This document shows, piece after piece, positions 11,224 to 21,377 of a stretch of 64,000 bases of DNA. The stretch is taken from the NCBI GenBank assembly GCA_963704075.1, contig CAVPGV010000010.1:8685-72684 (forward strand), read 5' to 3'. Each line of letters starts with the position of its first letter. Position 1 is the first letter of the stretch. Position numbers and translations under genes: made by a program. The notes below the pieces were generated by a model that saw only the letters and a list, made by a program, of their open reading frames with translations, searched no databases and was not told where the DNA came from. This DNA is from an uncultured Actinomycetota bacterium (GTDB taxonomy: Bacteria; Actinomycetota; Actinomycetes; S36-B12; UBA10799).

Positions 11224-14200
11224 CTACTCCCTCGAGGTGTCCAGTACCGACTCGATCAGACTACGCGCCCACTGGATCAAAGCGTGGTCGGCCAGGGGTT
11301 TGGCGCCGAAGCCGCCCTCGGTCGGCCGCGGCACGAGAACCGTGCCGGAGGCCGCCTTGTAGAGGCTGCCCGGATACAGCCGGCTCAGTCGCATGGTCCT
11401 GCTCTCCGGGAGATGGACCGGCGCCATCCGCACGCGGGTCCCGGCCATGACGATGTCGGTGATCCCGGCCGCCCGGGCCAGCAACCGCAGTCGGGCCACC
11501 TCGACCAGCACGGTCACCGCTTGCGGCAAGGGACCGTACCGGTCGGTCATCTCTTCGACGAATTCGGTCACCTGCGATTCCGAGTGCGCCTGCGCCAAGG
11601 TCGTGTACGCCATCAGCCGCAGCCGCTCGTCCGGCACATAATCGTGCGGGAGGTGGGCGTTGAGCGGCAATTCGATGCGGACCTCGGGGATCTCCTCCTC
11701 TTGCTCCCCACGCACCGCGGCCAGCGCCTCCCCGACCATGCGCACGTACAGGTCGAAGCCGATGTTCGCGATGTGCCCGGACTGCTCGCCGCCGAGCAGG
11801 TTGCCCGCGCCCCGGATCTCCAGGTCCTTCATCGCCACGGCCATTCCGGAACCGAGGTCGGTGTGGGCGGCGATCGTCTCCAGCCGGTCGTGCGCGGTCT
11901 GGGTCAACGGCTTCTCCGGCGGGTACAGGAAGTACGCATAGGCACGTTCCCGACCGCGTCCGACCCGGCCGCGCAACTGGTGCAACTGCGACAGGCCAAA
12001 GGCGTCGGCACGCTCCACGATCAGGGTGTTGGCGTTGGGGATGTCCATCCCGGACTCCACGATGGTCGTACACACCAGGACGTCGACGCGGCCTTCCCAG
12101 AAGTCCACGACGGTCTGTTCGAGGGCCGCCTCGGGCATCTGCCCATGTGCGTAGGCGATCCGAGCTTCCGGAACGAGTTCGGCCAGTTTCGCCGTCGCCC
12201 GGGCGATCGACTCGACCCGGTTATGGATGAAGAAGACCTGACCCTCGCGCATCAGCTCTCGGTGGATCGCCGCGGCGATCTGTTTGTTGTCGTACGGCCC
12301 GACGAACGTGAGCACCGGCAACCGGTCCTCGGGCGGGGTCGCGATGGTCGAGATCTCACGGATCCCGGTCACCGCCATCTCCAGCGTGCGCGGGATCGGG
12401 GTGGCCGACATGCTCAGCACGTCGACCGAGGTCCGCAGGGCCTTGATGTGTTCCTTGTGCTCGACACCGAACCGCTGTTCTTCATCGACGATGAGCAGCC
12501 CGAGCTCCGGAATCCGGGTCCTGGGGCTGAGCAGGCGATGGGTGGCGATGACCACGTCGACCTTGCCATCTGCCAGGCCCTGCAGGATTCTGTCGGCCTC
12601 CGCGTCGGACTGGAAGCGCGACAGGGCCTCTACCCGCACCGGGAAGGAGGCGAACCGCTCGGAGAACGTGTTGAAGTGCTGCTTCACCAGCAGCGTGGTG
12701 GGCACCAGGACGGCGACCTGCTTGCCCTCCTGGACCGCCTTGAACGCCGCCCGCACCGCGATCTCGGTCTTGCCGAAACCCACGTCCCCGCAGATCAGGC
12801 GGTCCATCGGAACCGGCTTGCGCATGTCGGCCTTGACCTCGTCGATGGTGACCATTTGGTCCGGGAGTCTCCTGGTAGGGGAAGGCGTCCTCCAGCTCCC
12901 GCTGCCACGGGGTGTCGGGGCCGAACTCGTGGCCCCGGGTGGCCTGCCGCGCCGCGTAGAGCTTGACGAGTTGGGCGGCGATCTCGCGCATCGCCTTCTT
13001 CGCCTTCGACTTGGCCTTCTGCCAGTCGGCGCCTCCGAGCCGGTGCACCGAGGGCGCTTCTCCCACCGACGTAGCGGGTGACCTGGTCGAGCTGATCGGT
13101 GGGCACGTAGAGGCGGTCGGCGGGCTGCCCACGTTTGCTCGCCGCGTACTCCAGCACCAGGTACTCGCGCACGGAACCTGCCACGGTGCGTTGCGTCATC
13201 TCCAGGTACCGCCCCACGCCATGCTGGCTGTGCACGACGAAGTCCCCGGGTTTCAGGGTCAGTGGATCCAGCGCCTTGCGGCGTTTCGCGGGCAGTTTGG
13301 TCACCGCAGTGCTGGAGGTGCCGGTGATGTCGCGTTCGGTCACCAGCACGACCTGCCCGGTGCTGAAACCGCTGATCAGGCGTGCCTTGACGATGTGCAC
13401 GATCGGGTCGAAGTGCGGAATCGGTGAGCAGACGCACGGCGACGTCCTGCGCGGCCAGTTGCTCGGCCAGGCGCTGCGCCGGACCGGCCGCTCCCATGGC
13501 GATCACCACCGGTATCCCGGCCGCGACCGCCGCGCGGCAATCCGCGGCCAGGGCGCTGACATCACCGCGGTACGCCGGGGCCGGCTTGAGACCGGCTGCC
13601 ACCGCGCCGAGGGTTCCCATCGCGCTGACCGGCAACTGGCGCTGACGGGCCTGGTCGCGCAGTTGTTCGGTACTGCGGTAGGCGGCCTGGGACAGGTCCA
13701 GCGGCACGGAATTGCCGACCGCGGCGTTGTGCCATCCGGCCTGCAGGAACTCCTCGGAGGTGCGCACGAGATCCACGGCGCGGGCCTCGATGCGTTCGGG
13801 GCCGACGTTGACGACCGGCGTTCCGGCCGGTAGCAGATCAAGCAGGGTGATCATCCGGTCGGCGAGGACGGGGGCCAGCGACTCCATGCCCTCGACGGGC
13901 GTCCCGGCGGCGATGTCGCCGAGCACGTCGGCGATGTGCGGGTACCTGTCCACGAGCGCCTTGGCACGCACGCGCACCTCGTCGGTGAGCATCAGTTCAC
14001 GGCAGACGGGGATTCTCAGCGGCTTCTCTCGCACCGCCAGCGTTCGCTGGTCCGAGACCGCGAACACGCGCAGTTCGTCCACCTCGTCGCCGAAGAACTC
14101 GATACGGCTGGGATGCTCCTCGGTCGGCGCGAAGACGTCGATGATCCCGCCACGCACGGCGAACTGGCCGCGGCGCTCGACCATCGGCACCCGCTCGTAG

Positions 14201-14676
14201 CCGGCTCGGGCCAAGGCTGCGACCAGGTCGTCGAAACCGGGGTCGTCGCCAGCCGACACCACGATCGGCCGTTCGTCGGCGAGCTCTGCGGCGAAAGGCT
14301 GCATGAGTGCCCTGACCGGCACCACCAGCACCTGCGGCAGGGTGCCCGCCGCGACGTCGCTGATGACAGCCATGCGCCTGCCCACGGTGTCGGCGGTCGG
14401 GCTCAGCCGTTCGTGCGGCAGCGTCTCCCACGAAGGAAAGACCGCCGTGCCGAATCCGAGGTCGGCGATCGCGTTGGACAATTCTTCGGCCTGCCGACCG
14501 GTGGCGGTGATCGCGATCACGCTGCCCGTGACCCCTTGCTGCAGGGCAGCAGCCAGCACGAACGGCTCGACCCCGGCCGTGACGGCCAGGTCAGTACCGC
14601 CCTCTGGCAATCGGGACAGCCACTCGCTGATGTCGGGGAGGCTGCCGACACGCGTTATCACGCCGGCAAGAGTCAC
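11224..14676 (-). pseudogene. mfd: Transcription-repair coupling factor Mfd, three frame breaks (~13412, ~13060, ~12862); the listed 1150-aa ORF is open only by chance through the middle
   Basis: The N- and C-terminal parts are typical Mfd ([25 protein letters not shown], helicase C, TRG motif). The CarD-like/RID segment FDPIVHIVKARLISGF...GDFVVHSQHGVGRYLEM...TRYVGG is in a second frame. [38 protein letters not shown]...FPYQETP is in a third frame. Confidence 0.95.
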
Positions 14677-14740
14677 GGCTCCAATCTACGTCGGGGGAAT
14701 CGGACGGATGCGGGCCGGGAGTTTGCGCTGGCCGGGGGAA

Positions 14741-14785
14741 GGGTTGAACATTCACGTGCACCTCGGTACATCAACTGTTCAACCC
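14741..14785. terminator. Hairpin GGGTTGAACA-N25-TGTTCAACCC downstream of the IMPase-family gene; possible terminator or repeat element
   Basis: Perfect 10-bp arms. The leader CGGGGAAGGGTTGAACA is shared with 43303-43319. Confidence 0.4.
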
Positions 14786-14811
14786 TTTGCGAGCCGTGGC
14801 CCGCCGGTCCG

Positions 14812-15606
14812 TCAGCGGATGTAGTCGATGACCTCCGGACGAGCGATCACGATGTCGTCGACCCACGGCGGGCGCTTGTTGAACTCGATGGTCCGGCCGT
14901 CGAGGTGGCCGGCGATCATGCCATGGTCCACGGCCACGGCCAGTGGTGCTGCGGCGTCCCACTCCCAGAATCCGCCTTCATTGACGTAGGCGTCCACCCG
15001 ACCCGCGAGGATCTCCCCGACCTTCGCCCCGGCCGATCCGACGTACACGAATTCGACGCCGTGCGTGGTCACCCCGTCAGCGGCCAGTCGGTCGCCGATC
15101 TCCTCGGTCCGGGCCACGAACCGCTCCGGCGGCCGGGAACGGGACACCACGACGCGCAACGGGCGGTGCGTCAACGGCTCGACCCCGGAACCGACCGACT
15201 GACCCGTCGTGTAGATGGCTTCCTGGGCAGGCAGGCTGAAGGCAGCAGCGGTGAAACCGCTCCCCGGGGCGTCGCGCTCCCACAGCGCGATCTGCACGGC
15301 CCAGTCGCCACGACCCTGGCTGTACTCACTGGTCCCGTCCAACGGGTCGATGATCCACACGCGGTCGGCGTCGTCACGCTCATCGGAGTCCTTGGCCTCC
15401 TCGGACAGGATCGCGTCACCGGGACGTTCTCGTGCGAACTGCTCGGCGAGGAACGCCTGGCTGGCGGCGTCCGCGACATCTTTGAGTTCACTGCGACGTG
15501 CCTTGTCGCCCGGATCCACCGGGCCGAAATCGGCTCGCAGGTCCAGCAACAGGCGACCTGCCGCCAGGGACAGTTCCTTGGCCAGTTCGGCATCGTGGGT
15601 GTTCAC
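14812..15606 (-). CDS. Inositol monophosphatase / 3'(2'),5'-bisphosphate nucleotidase (CysQ-like) family protein
   Basis: Metal-binding motifs LSEEA and VWIIDPLDGTSEY plus C-terminal WEWDAAAPLAV. GTG start at 15606. Confidence 0.8.
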   Translation of the reverse strand: MNTHDAELAKELSLAAGRLLLDLRADFGPVDPGDKARRSELKDVADAASQAFLAEQFARERPGDAILSEEAKDSDERDDADRVWIIDPLDGTSEYSQGRGDWAVQIALWERDAPGSGFTAAAFSLPAQEAIYTTGQSVGSGVEPLTHRPLRVVVSRSRPPERFVARTEEIGDRLAADGVTTHGVEFVYVGSAGAKVGEILAGRVDAYVNEGGFWEWDAAAPLAVAVDHGMIAGHLDGRTIEFNKRPPWVDDIVIARPEVIDYIR

Positions 15607-15616
15607 CGTCGGTGTC

Positions 15617-16199
15617 CTATCGGTTGAAGCGGGATTGGGTGGCTTCCAGACCATTGGCTAGCAGGAATTCGGTGGCATCGGCGGCCTCGGAGACCATCAG
15701 CGCGACCTCTGACCGTTCGGCGGCGCGGAAGTCGGACAACAAGTAGTCGGCGGGGTCCTGGCGTCCCATCGGGCGCCCGACGCCACACCGCACACGGTAG
15801 ATAGTCGCCTTGCCCCAACGACTTCCGCAGGCTGCGCAGGCCGTTATGACCGTTGTCCCCGCCGCCGTGTTTGACCCGCAGCGCCCCCAGCGGGATGTCC
15901 AGTTCGTCGTGGATGACCACGAGGTTGTCGGTCTTGGTGAAGTCCAGCACGGCTTTCACCGGCCCACCGCTCTCGTTCATGTACGTCCGGGCTTTGACCA
16001 GCACGACGCGACAGTGCTCGGGGGTACCCACGAATGCGTGCCCTTCGGCGACATCCGCGTGGGCACGTCGATGCCTGGCGAATTGCAGTCCGAGCCGCCC
16101 GGCCAGCTCCTCGACCACCACGTAGCCGACGTTGTGACGCGTGCGTTCGTACTCCCGACCCGGATTGCCCAGCCCGACGACGACCCAGCTTTCGGTCAC
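15617..16199 (-). pseudogene. pth: Peptidyl-tRNA hydrolase, one frame break near 15790
   Basis: WVVVGLGNPGREYERTRHNVGY...GGGDNGHNGLRS is in the ORF frame. The conserved continuation YRVRCGVGRPMGRQDPADYLLSDF...ANGLEATQSRFNR* is in a shifted frame, with TAG at 15617-15619. Confidence 0.9.
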
Positions 16200-16777
16200 T
16201 CGTCGCTGGAGGCCTCGTCGCCCCCGGCCTCCTCGGCCTCACCCTCGGTCTCACCGGCAGCCTCTGCGGCATCCTCGGCGGCGGCAGCAGCAGCAGCGGC
16301 CTCGGCCTGTGCCTTGAGTTCGGCCTCGAGACGCTCGACCGCGGCGTCGATCACGCTGTCCGGATCGGCTCCCTCGCCCAGCATCTCGCTGACGATCTCG
16401 GACAGGGCTACAGGGTCGAGTTCCTTCTCCGCCGCGACGTCCTCGGCGCGCCCCATGATCTCGGCCTCCACTTGGCGGGCACGCAGCGCGGCCCGGTCCA
16501 GGGTGATCAGGTCGAGGTGCTTGAGGTCCTGTCGCACAGGGTGGCGCTGGATGTCACGGGGGGCGGTGGGGATGACATCGCCATCGATGTCGATCTCGAG
16601 GATGACCTTCGTCTGCTTGAGGGCTTGACTCAGGTCGTGGTCGTCGAGACTGATGTGGCGGGGCTCTTCACCGTCGCCGTAGAGCACCGCGGGCACCTGC
16701 CCGTCGCGGCGCAGTCGACGTGCGGCACCTTTGCCGAACTCGTTTCGCGGTTGTGCGGTGAGGCGGATCTCTGCCAT
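16196..16777 (-). CDS. rplY: 50S ribosomal protein L25 / general stress protein Ctc
   Basis: MAEIRLTAQPRNEFGKGAARRLRRDGQVPAVLYG with an acidic Ala/Glu-rich tail. The stop overlaps the pth GTG (GTGA). Confidence 0.9.
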   Translation of the reverse strand: MAEIRLTAQPRNEFGKGAARRLRRDGQVPAVLYGDGEEPRHISLDDHDLSQALKQTKVILEIDIDGDVIPTAPRDIQRHPVRQDLKHLDLITLDRAALRARQVEAEIMGRAEDVAAEKELDPVALSEIVSEMLGEGADPDSVIDAAVERLEAELKAQAEAAAAAAAAEDAAEAAGETEGEAEEAGGDEASSDE

Positions 16778-17054
16778 GTGTGCTCCCGGTCGTTGATCAT
16801 GGGGAACCGGAAGGGCTCGTCGATAACGGGGCCGCAAGGCCACCCTCGCCGGGTCTCTCACCAGTGTACCGGTGACGGGACTGGCGTCTGGGTCCGGGCA
16901 CCGACCATCACATGTGGGCCGGAGAGTCAGCGCAGCGCCGTCCTCGGCCCCGCTCTGCAGGCTCCAATCTGCACATAGCGGGCGAAACGGCCGGCTCGGC
17001 CATCAGAACTGGGCGCCGCAGGCTGGATGCGGACCAGTTGTGATGGTCCCCTGT

Positions 17055-18026
17055 CTACCCTTCGAACAGGCTGGTGACCGAACCGTCCCTGAACACCTCG
17101 TTGATCGCTCGGGCGATCAACGGCGCGATGGGCAGAACGGTGAGTTTGTCGAAACGACGTTCGCTGGGGATCGGCAGAGTGTCGGTGACGATCACCTCAG
17201 TGATCCGCGAATTCTTCAACCGCTCCGTGGCCGGGTCGCTGAGCACACCGTGGGTGGCGGTGACGACGACCTCCGCGGCCCCCTCGTCGAACAACGTCTC
17301 CGCGGCCTTCGTGATGGTGCCGCCGGTGTCGATCATGTCGTCGACGATCACGCACACCCGGTCCTTGACCTCGCCCACGACCTCGAGCACGGAGACCTGA
17401 TTCGGCACGTTCGGGTCGCGGCGCTTGTGGATGATCGCCAGCGGGGAGCCCAGGACATCGGTCCAACGCTCGGCAACCCGCACCCGGCCGGCATCCGGGG
17501 ACACGATGGTCAGCCGGTCGCGCTCGACGTTCGCGCCGACGTATTCGGACAGCAGCGGCAGCGCGAACAGGTGGTCGACCGGACCGTCGAAGAACCCCTG
17601 GATCTGCGAGGTGTGAAGGTCCACCGACATCAGGCGATCGGCACCGGCTGTGGCGAACAGGTTGGCCAGCAGGCGCGCCGTGATCGGTTCGCGTCCGCGG
17701 TGCTTCTTGTCCTGCCGCGCGTACCCGTAGAAGGGGATCACCACGGTGATTCGTTTGGCCGATGCCCGCTTCAAGGCGTCAACCATGATCAACTGCTCCA
17801 TGATGGCCTTGTTCAACGGTTCGGCATGGGACTGGATGACAAAAGCGTCACTTCCGCGCACGCTCTCCTCGAACCTGACGAAGATCTCACCGTTGGCGAA
17901 GTCATAGATCTTGGTCGGCGAGACCTCACAACCGAGCTCGACGGCGATGTACTCAGCGAGTTCCGGGTGCGTACGCCCCGAGAACAACATCAACTTCTTC
18001 TGAGACGGCGTAATCAGTTCCGACAC
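17055..18026 (-). CDS. prs: Ribose-phosphate pyrophosphokinase
   Basis: 323 aa with PRPP-binding loop CVIVDDMIDTGGTI and VIPFYGYARQDKK. Confidence 0.95.
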   Translation of the reverse strand: MSELITPSQKKLMLFSGRTHPELAEYIAVELGCEVSPTKIYDFANGEIFVRFEESVRGSDAFVIQSHAEPLNKAIMEQLIMVDALKRASAKRITVVIPFYGYARQDKKHRGREPITARLLANLFATAGADRLMSVDLHTSQIQGFFDGPVDHLFALPLLSEYVGANVERDRLTIVSPDAGRVRVAERWTDVLGSPLAIIHKRRDPNVPNQVSVLEVVGEVKDRVCVIVDDMIDTGGTITKAAETLFDEGAAEVVVTATHGVLSDPATERLKNSRITEVIVTDTLPIPSERRFDKLTVLPIAPLIARAINEVFRDGSVTSLFEG

Positions 18027-18083
18027 GAGTACCCCTCGCCGATGTCCAGCACGAACGCCTTCAGCGTAGCCCCCGCACCCGCC

Positions 18084-19540
18084 TCACCGATCCGGAAGTC
18101 CCGGATTGGAGCCGGCAGTTGCGTCAGTGCTCTCACCGGAGGCTGCTGCCCGAGCCGAAGACGTATCCGGACGGTTGGCCACGACCCATCCCTCGACGTT
18201 GCGCTGCCGTGCCCGACCCACCGCAAGATCACCGGGGCCCACGTCGGACGTGATGACCGAACCGGCCGCCGTGTAGGCCCCATCACCGATGGTCACCGGC
18301 GCGACGAGCATGCTGTCCGAGCCGATACGCGCGTGCTTGCCGACAACCGTGCGGTGCTTGGTCACCCCGTCGTAGTTGACGAAGACGGTGGCGGCCCCGA
18401 TGTTGCTGCCTTCCCCGATCTGCGCATCCCCCACGTATGACAGGTGGGGGACCTTGGCGCCTTCCCCGACCTCGGTGTTCTTGATCTCAACGAATGCGCC
18501 CGCCTTGCTGCTCGAGGCCAGGCGGGTGCCCGGACGCAAGTAGGTGTAAGGGCCCGACGGTGGCACGAGGGCCGATGCTCGCACTCAGGCAGTGACTCTT
18601 CAGCACGGTGGCTGCTTCGCCGACCTCACAGTCCACCAGCGTCGTGTCCGGACCGACCACCGCACCGCCAGCCACGGTCGTGCGACCAGCCAACTGGGTG
18701 TTGCGGCAGATCAGCACATCGGGTTCCAGCACCACATCGGCACCGATCCACGTGGTCGATGGGTCCTCGATCGTCACCCCAGCACGCATCCACCGCCGTG
18801 CCACCCGATCGCGCAGGACCGCACCGGCTGCGGCGAGCTGCACCCGGTCGTTGATGCCGTGGATCTCTTCCGGGTCGTCGGCGAGGTACGCGGACACCGG
18901 CTTGCCATGGTCGACCAGCCACCCGATCACATCCGTCAGATACTCCTCGCCCTGCGCGTTGTGGCTTCCGATGTTCTGCAGACCATCGCGCAAGGCGTCG
19001 GCGGCGAAAAGGTACAGACCGCTGTTGATCTCGTCGATCTCGAGCTGTTCGGCAGTTGCGTCCACGTGCTCGACAATGCTGCGCACGCCGCGGTTCGTCG
19101 CGCACGATACGCCCGTAGCCGGTGGGGTCGGGCATCCGAGCGGTCAGCACCGTGGCTGAGGCGCCCGACTCGCGGTGTTCGCCGATCAGGCTGCTCAACG
19201 TCGCGCCCGTCAGCAGAGGGGTGTCACCTGCCAGCACCATGACCGTGTCCGCGTCCGCTGGGATCTGCGGCAGGGCTTGCCGAACCGCATCCCCGGTGCC
19301 TCGCATCTGCTGCTGGACCGCGGTGCGGGCGGTCGGCGCCACGGCGGCCAGGTACTCCGCGACCGCTTCCCGCTGGTGCCCGACCACGACCACGACCTCC
19401 TCGATGTTCGCCGCGTGGACGGCCCGCAAGACGTGCCCGAGCAGGGGTTCACCGGCTACTTCATGCAGCACCTTGGCCTTGGTCGATTTCATGCGGGTGC
19501 CGAGACCGGCAGCCAGAACGACAGCAACTGGATGAGTCAC
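18084..19540 (-). pseudogene. glmU: Bifunctional GlmU (UDP-GlcNAc pyrophosphorylase / GlcN-1-P acetyltransferase), two frame breaks (~19100 and ~18550)
   Basis: Three consecutive ORFs in three frames. First: VVLAAGLGTRMKS...GTGDAV...GYGRIVRD. Second: RSIVEHVDATAEQLEIDEINSGLY...EEYLTDV... Third: left-handed beta-helix hexapeptide repeats [10 protein letters not shown]...[13 protein letters not shown]. Confidence 0.95.
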
Positions 19541-19722
19541 ACGATGGACTCTAGTGGCGCTCCCGACGTGATCCCGCGGACACGGCGTTCTTGTCGCTCG
19601 TCGCGCTGGCTACGACCCGCGTTTCCGCGTCGTCGAGCGGTCAGGACCGGCCTTGTGCACGGCCTGGGGTGGCGGTCGCCGCCCTGTCACCATGCGCCCG
19701 ACCTGGCTCACGGCCGGCCTCC

Positions 19723-19854
19723 GAAAGTGGGCATCCACAGGTCCGTCTTGCCCAGTTTGCGCTGCACATTTCGGTCATATCACACCCAAACGTCACCGAT
19801 TCCCTCTCAAACTGGGCAAAGAGACGAAGTGCACGTCGGGTGATGCCCACTTTC
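19723..19854. other. Long imperfect hairpin (~130 nt) in the glmU/tRNA-Gln intergenic region; candidate structured RNA or miniature inverted-repeat element
   Basis: Outer arms GAAAGTGGGCATC (19723-35) and GATGCCCACTTTC (19842-54) are perfect. The inner arms TCTTGCCCAGTTT / AAACTGGGCAAAGA pair with one bulge. The loop is relatively AT-rich. Confidence 0.5.
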
Positions 19855-19958
19855 TGCGGAAGGGACGAGGCGGCCTCACTGATAGCAGTGTGGTGACCTC
19901 GTCCGATGCCGTGCGGGCGGAGGCGGATCGGCACGGGTGTGGCCCAGCCCACGCCTAG

Positions 19959-20030
19959 CTCCCCGCCCAGGACTCGAACCTGGAATGACTGGACCAAAAC
20001 CAGTAGTGTTGCCGATTACACCAACGGGGA
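19959..20030 (-). tRNA. tRNA-Gln (anticodon TTG)
   Basis: The reverse complement TCCCCGTTGGTGTAATCGGCAACAC..ACTGG-TTTTGGT-CCAGT..GGTTCGAGTCCTGGGCGGGGAG folds as a cloverleaf with TTG in the 7-nt loop. Confidence 0.93.
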
Positions 20031-20076
20031 ATCTCCTCCGAGGTTAGCGTGCACAGGCACTTGCCCTCGCCTGGCC

Positions 20077-21246
20077 TCACGGCGTCCAGGTCACCTTGAC
20101 GATGCCTTCGAACTGAGTCGACAGGAAGATCGTGCGTCCGTTGCCGCTGATGGCCGCGTCGCTGCTGAGCATGCCCCACAGGTAGCCCCTCTGGTACCCC
20201 ACGTGCTGATCCGGAACGTAGCCGGCATCCGCGAGGGCCGCCTCGAGGTCGTAACTGACCCCCAGCGTCCGGTCGCGCAGTTGCAGTGGATCCGACGGGG
20301 TCCGCCGCCAGAACACGTACCGGCCGTCGGTGGAGGCGTTGGCGCGGCTCATGCGCATCGACGCCGGATCGGCTGGCGTGCTCGTCCCTGTCGCGACGTC
20401 GAACCAGACCACGTCGTCCGGGGTCCCGTAGCCCGATCCGGTGGGTCCCCCACTGATGCTGATGATCCCGCCGTCACGGGTGATGACGTTGCCCGCGCCA
20501 CCGATGTCCACGAGCCGGCTGCGGTCGAACAGGGCCCGTCCAGGACCCCACGTGGTCTCCGATTCGTAGGAATCCAGCCGCCCGGGGATGAGGATCACCG
20601 AGCCGTCGTGGGAGATCGACGGCGCCTGCACGTACTCCGCATCGCCTTCGGAGTTGAGCATCCGGCCGACGCCCTTGAAGATCCGCAACTTCCCGGTCTT
20701 CAGGTTCGTCAGGTACAGGTCGATCACGGCGGGCTTGCGGAAGTTCGCACTGAAGACCACATAGCGGCCGTTTCCGGAGATCTGGCCGCCGCGCAGCTGC
20801 GGCTCGTCGGTGAGTTTCTGATCCTCCTCACACCGGGCAGGCGTGCACGTACCGCTCCACGAGGGGACGAGGATCTTGCCGTTGCTGCGACGGGTCACGT
20901 TCCTGGTCCGGTCCTTCTTGCGGTCGTAGACCAGGATCTTGCGACGCGCCCACGGGCCGACCGGCATCGAGTAGGCCAGGTACCGCCCGTCCTGGCTCAG
21001 GGATGCGGCAGTGGCCGCCTTCGGCAGCCTCACGAGGCGCTTCCCCTTGCGCAGGTCACGCAGCAACAGGCGGGCCTTCGGGCCGCTGGCGACCACGTAA
21101 CGCCCCGTGTAGGACACGTCCTCCACGGACGCCAGTGTGGTGGGCGACACGGTGATACTGACCGGCACCACCGGTGGGTCGGCAACCGCCGGCCCGAACG
21201 GCAGCAGTGCGATGCATCCTGTGATGAGTGCAGTCCGTCGGAACAT
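20077..21246 (-). CDS. Secreted beta-propeller protein (TolB/PD40-like repeats)
   Basis: Signal peptide MFRRTALITGCIALLPFGPAVA. Repeated blades: SQDGRYLAYS, SGNGRYVVFS, SHDGSVILI, STDGRYVFW, SGNGRTIFLS. Confidence 0.65.
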   Translation of the reverse strand: MFRRTALITGCIALLPFGPAVADPPVVPVSITVSPTTLASVEDVSYTGRYVVASGPKARLLLRDLRKGKRLVRLPKAATAASLSQDGRYLAYSMPVGPWARRKILVYDRKKDRTRNVTRRSNGKILVPSWSGTCTPARCEEDQKLTDEPQLRGGQISGNGRYVVFSANFRKPAVIDLYLTNLKTGKLRIFKGVGRMLNSEGDAEYVQAPSISHDGSVILIPGRLDSYESETTWGPGRALFDRSRLVDIGGAGNVITRDGGIISISGGPTGSGYGTPDDVVWFDVATGTSTPADPASMRMSRANASTDGRYVFWRRTPSDPLQLRDRTLGVSYDLEAALADAGYVPDQHVGYQRGYLWGMLSSDAAISGNGRTIFLSTQFEGIVKVTWTP

Positions 21247-21377
21247 GACCCCTCCCTGGCACCAACTCACACGGACGCCGAAGGCGAGTCACTCCGCCGG
21301 GCCCGGGCCGTCGAGCGTGCATCTCCAGCGTACGCCTGACGCGGCCCTTCCCGGAAGGCTCGCGCCGCCCATTGCTC

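Noticed and set aside
14741-14785. LexA/SOS box upstream of mfd (TTGAACA...TGTTCAA).
   Set aside because: The actinobacterial SOS box is GAAC-N4-GTTC. Here the half-sites are 25 nt apart, and the same leader recurs at 43303 in an unrelated context.
19541-21270. tRNA-Gln-associated genomic island; also checked at tRNA-Ala, tRNA-Arg and tRNA-Thr.
   Set aside because: No integrase, recombinase or phage genes are present. I could find no direct repeat of a tRNA 3' end, and codon usage in the flanking genes looks normal.
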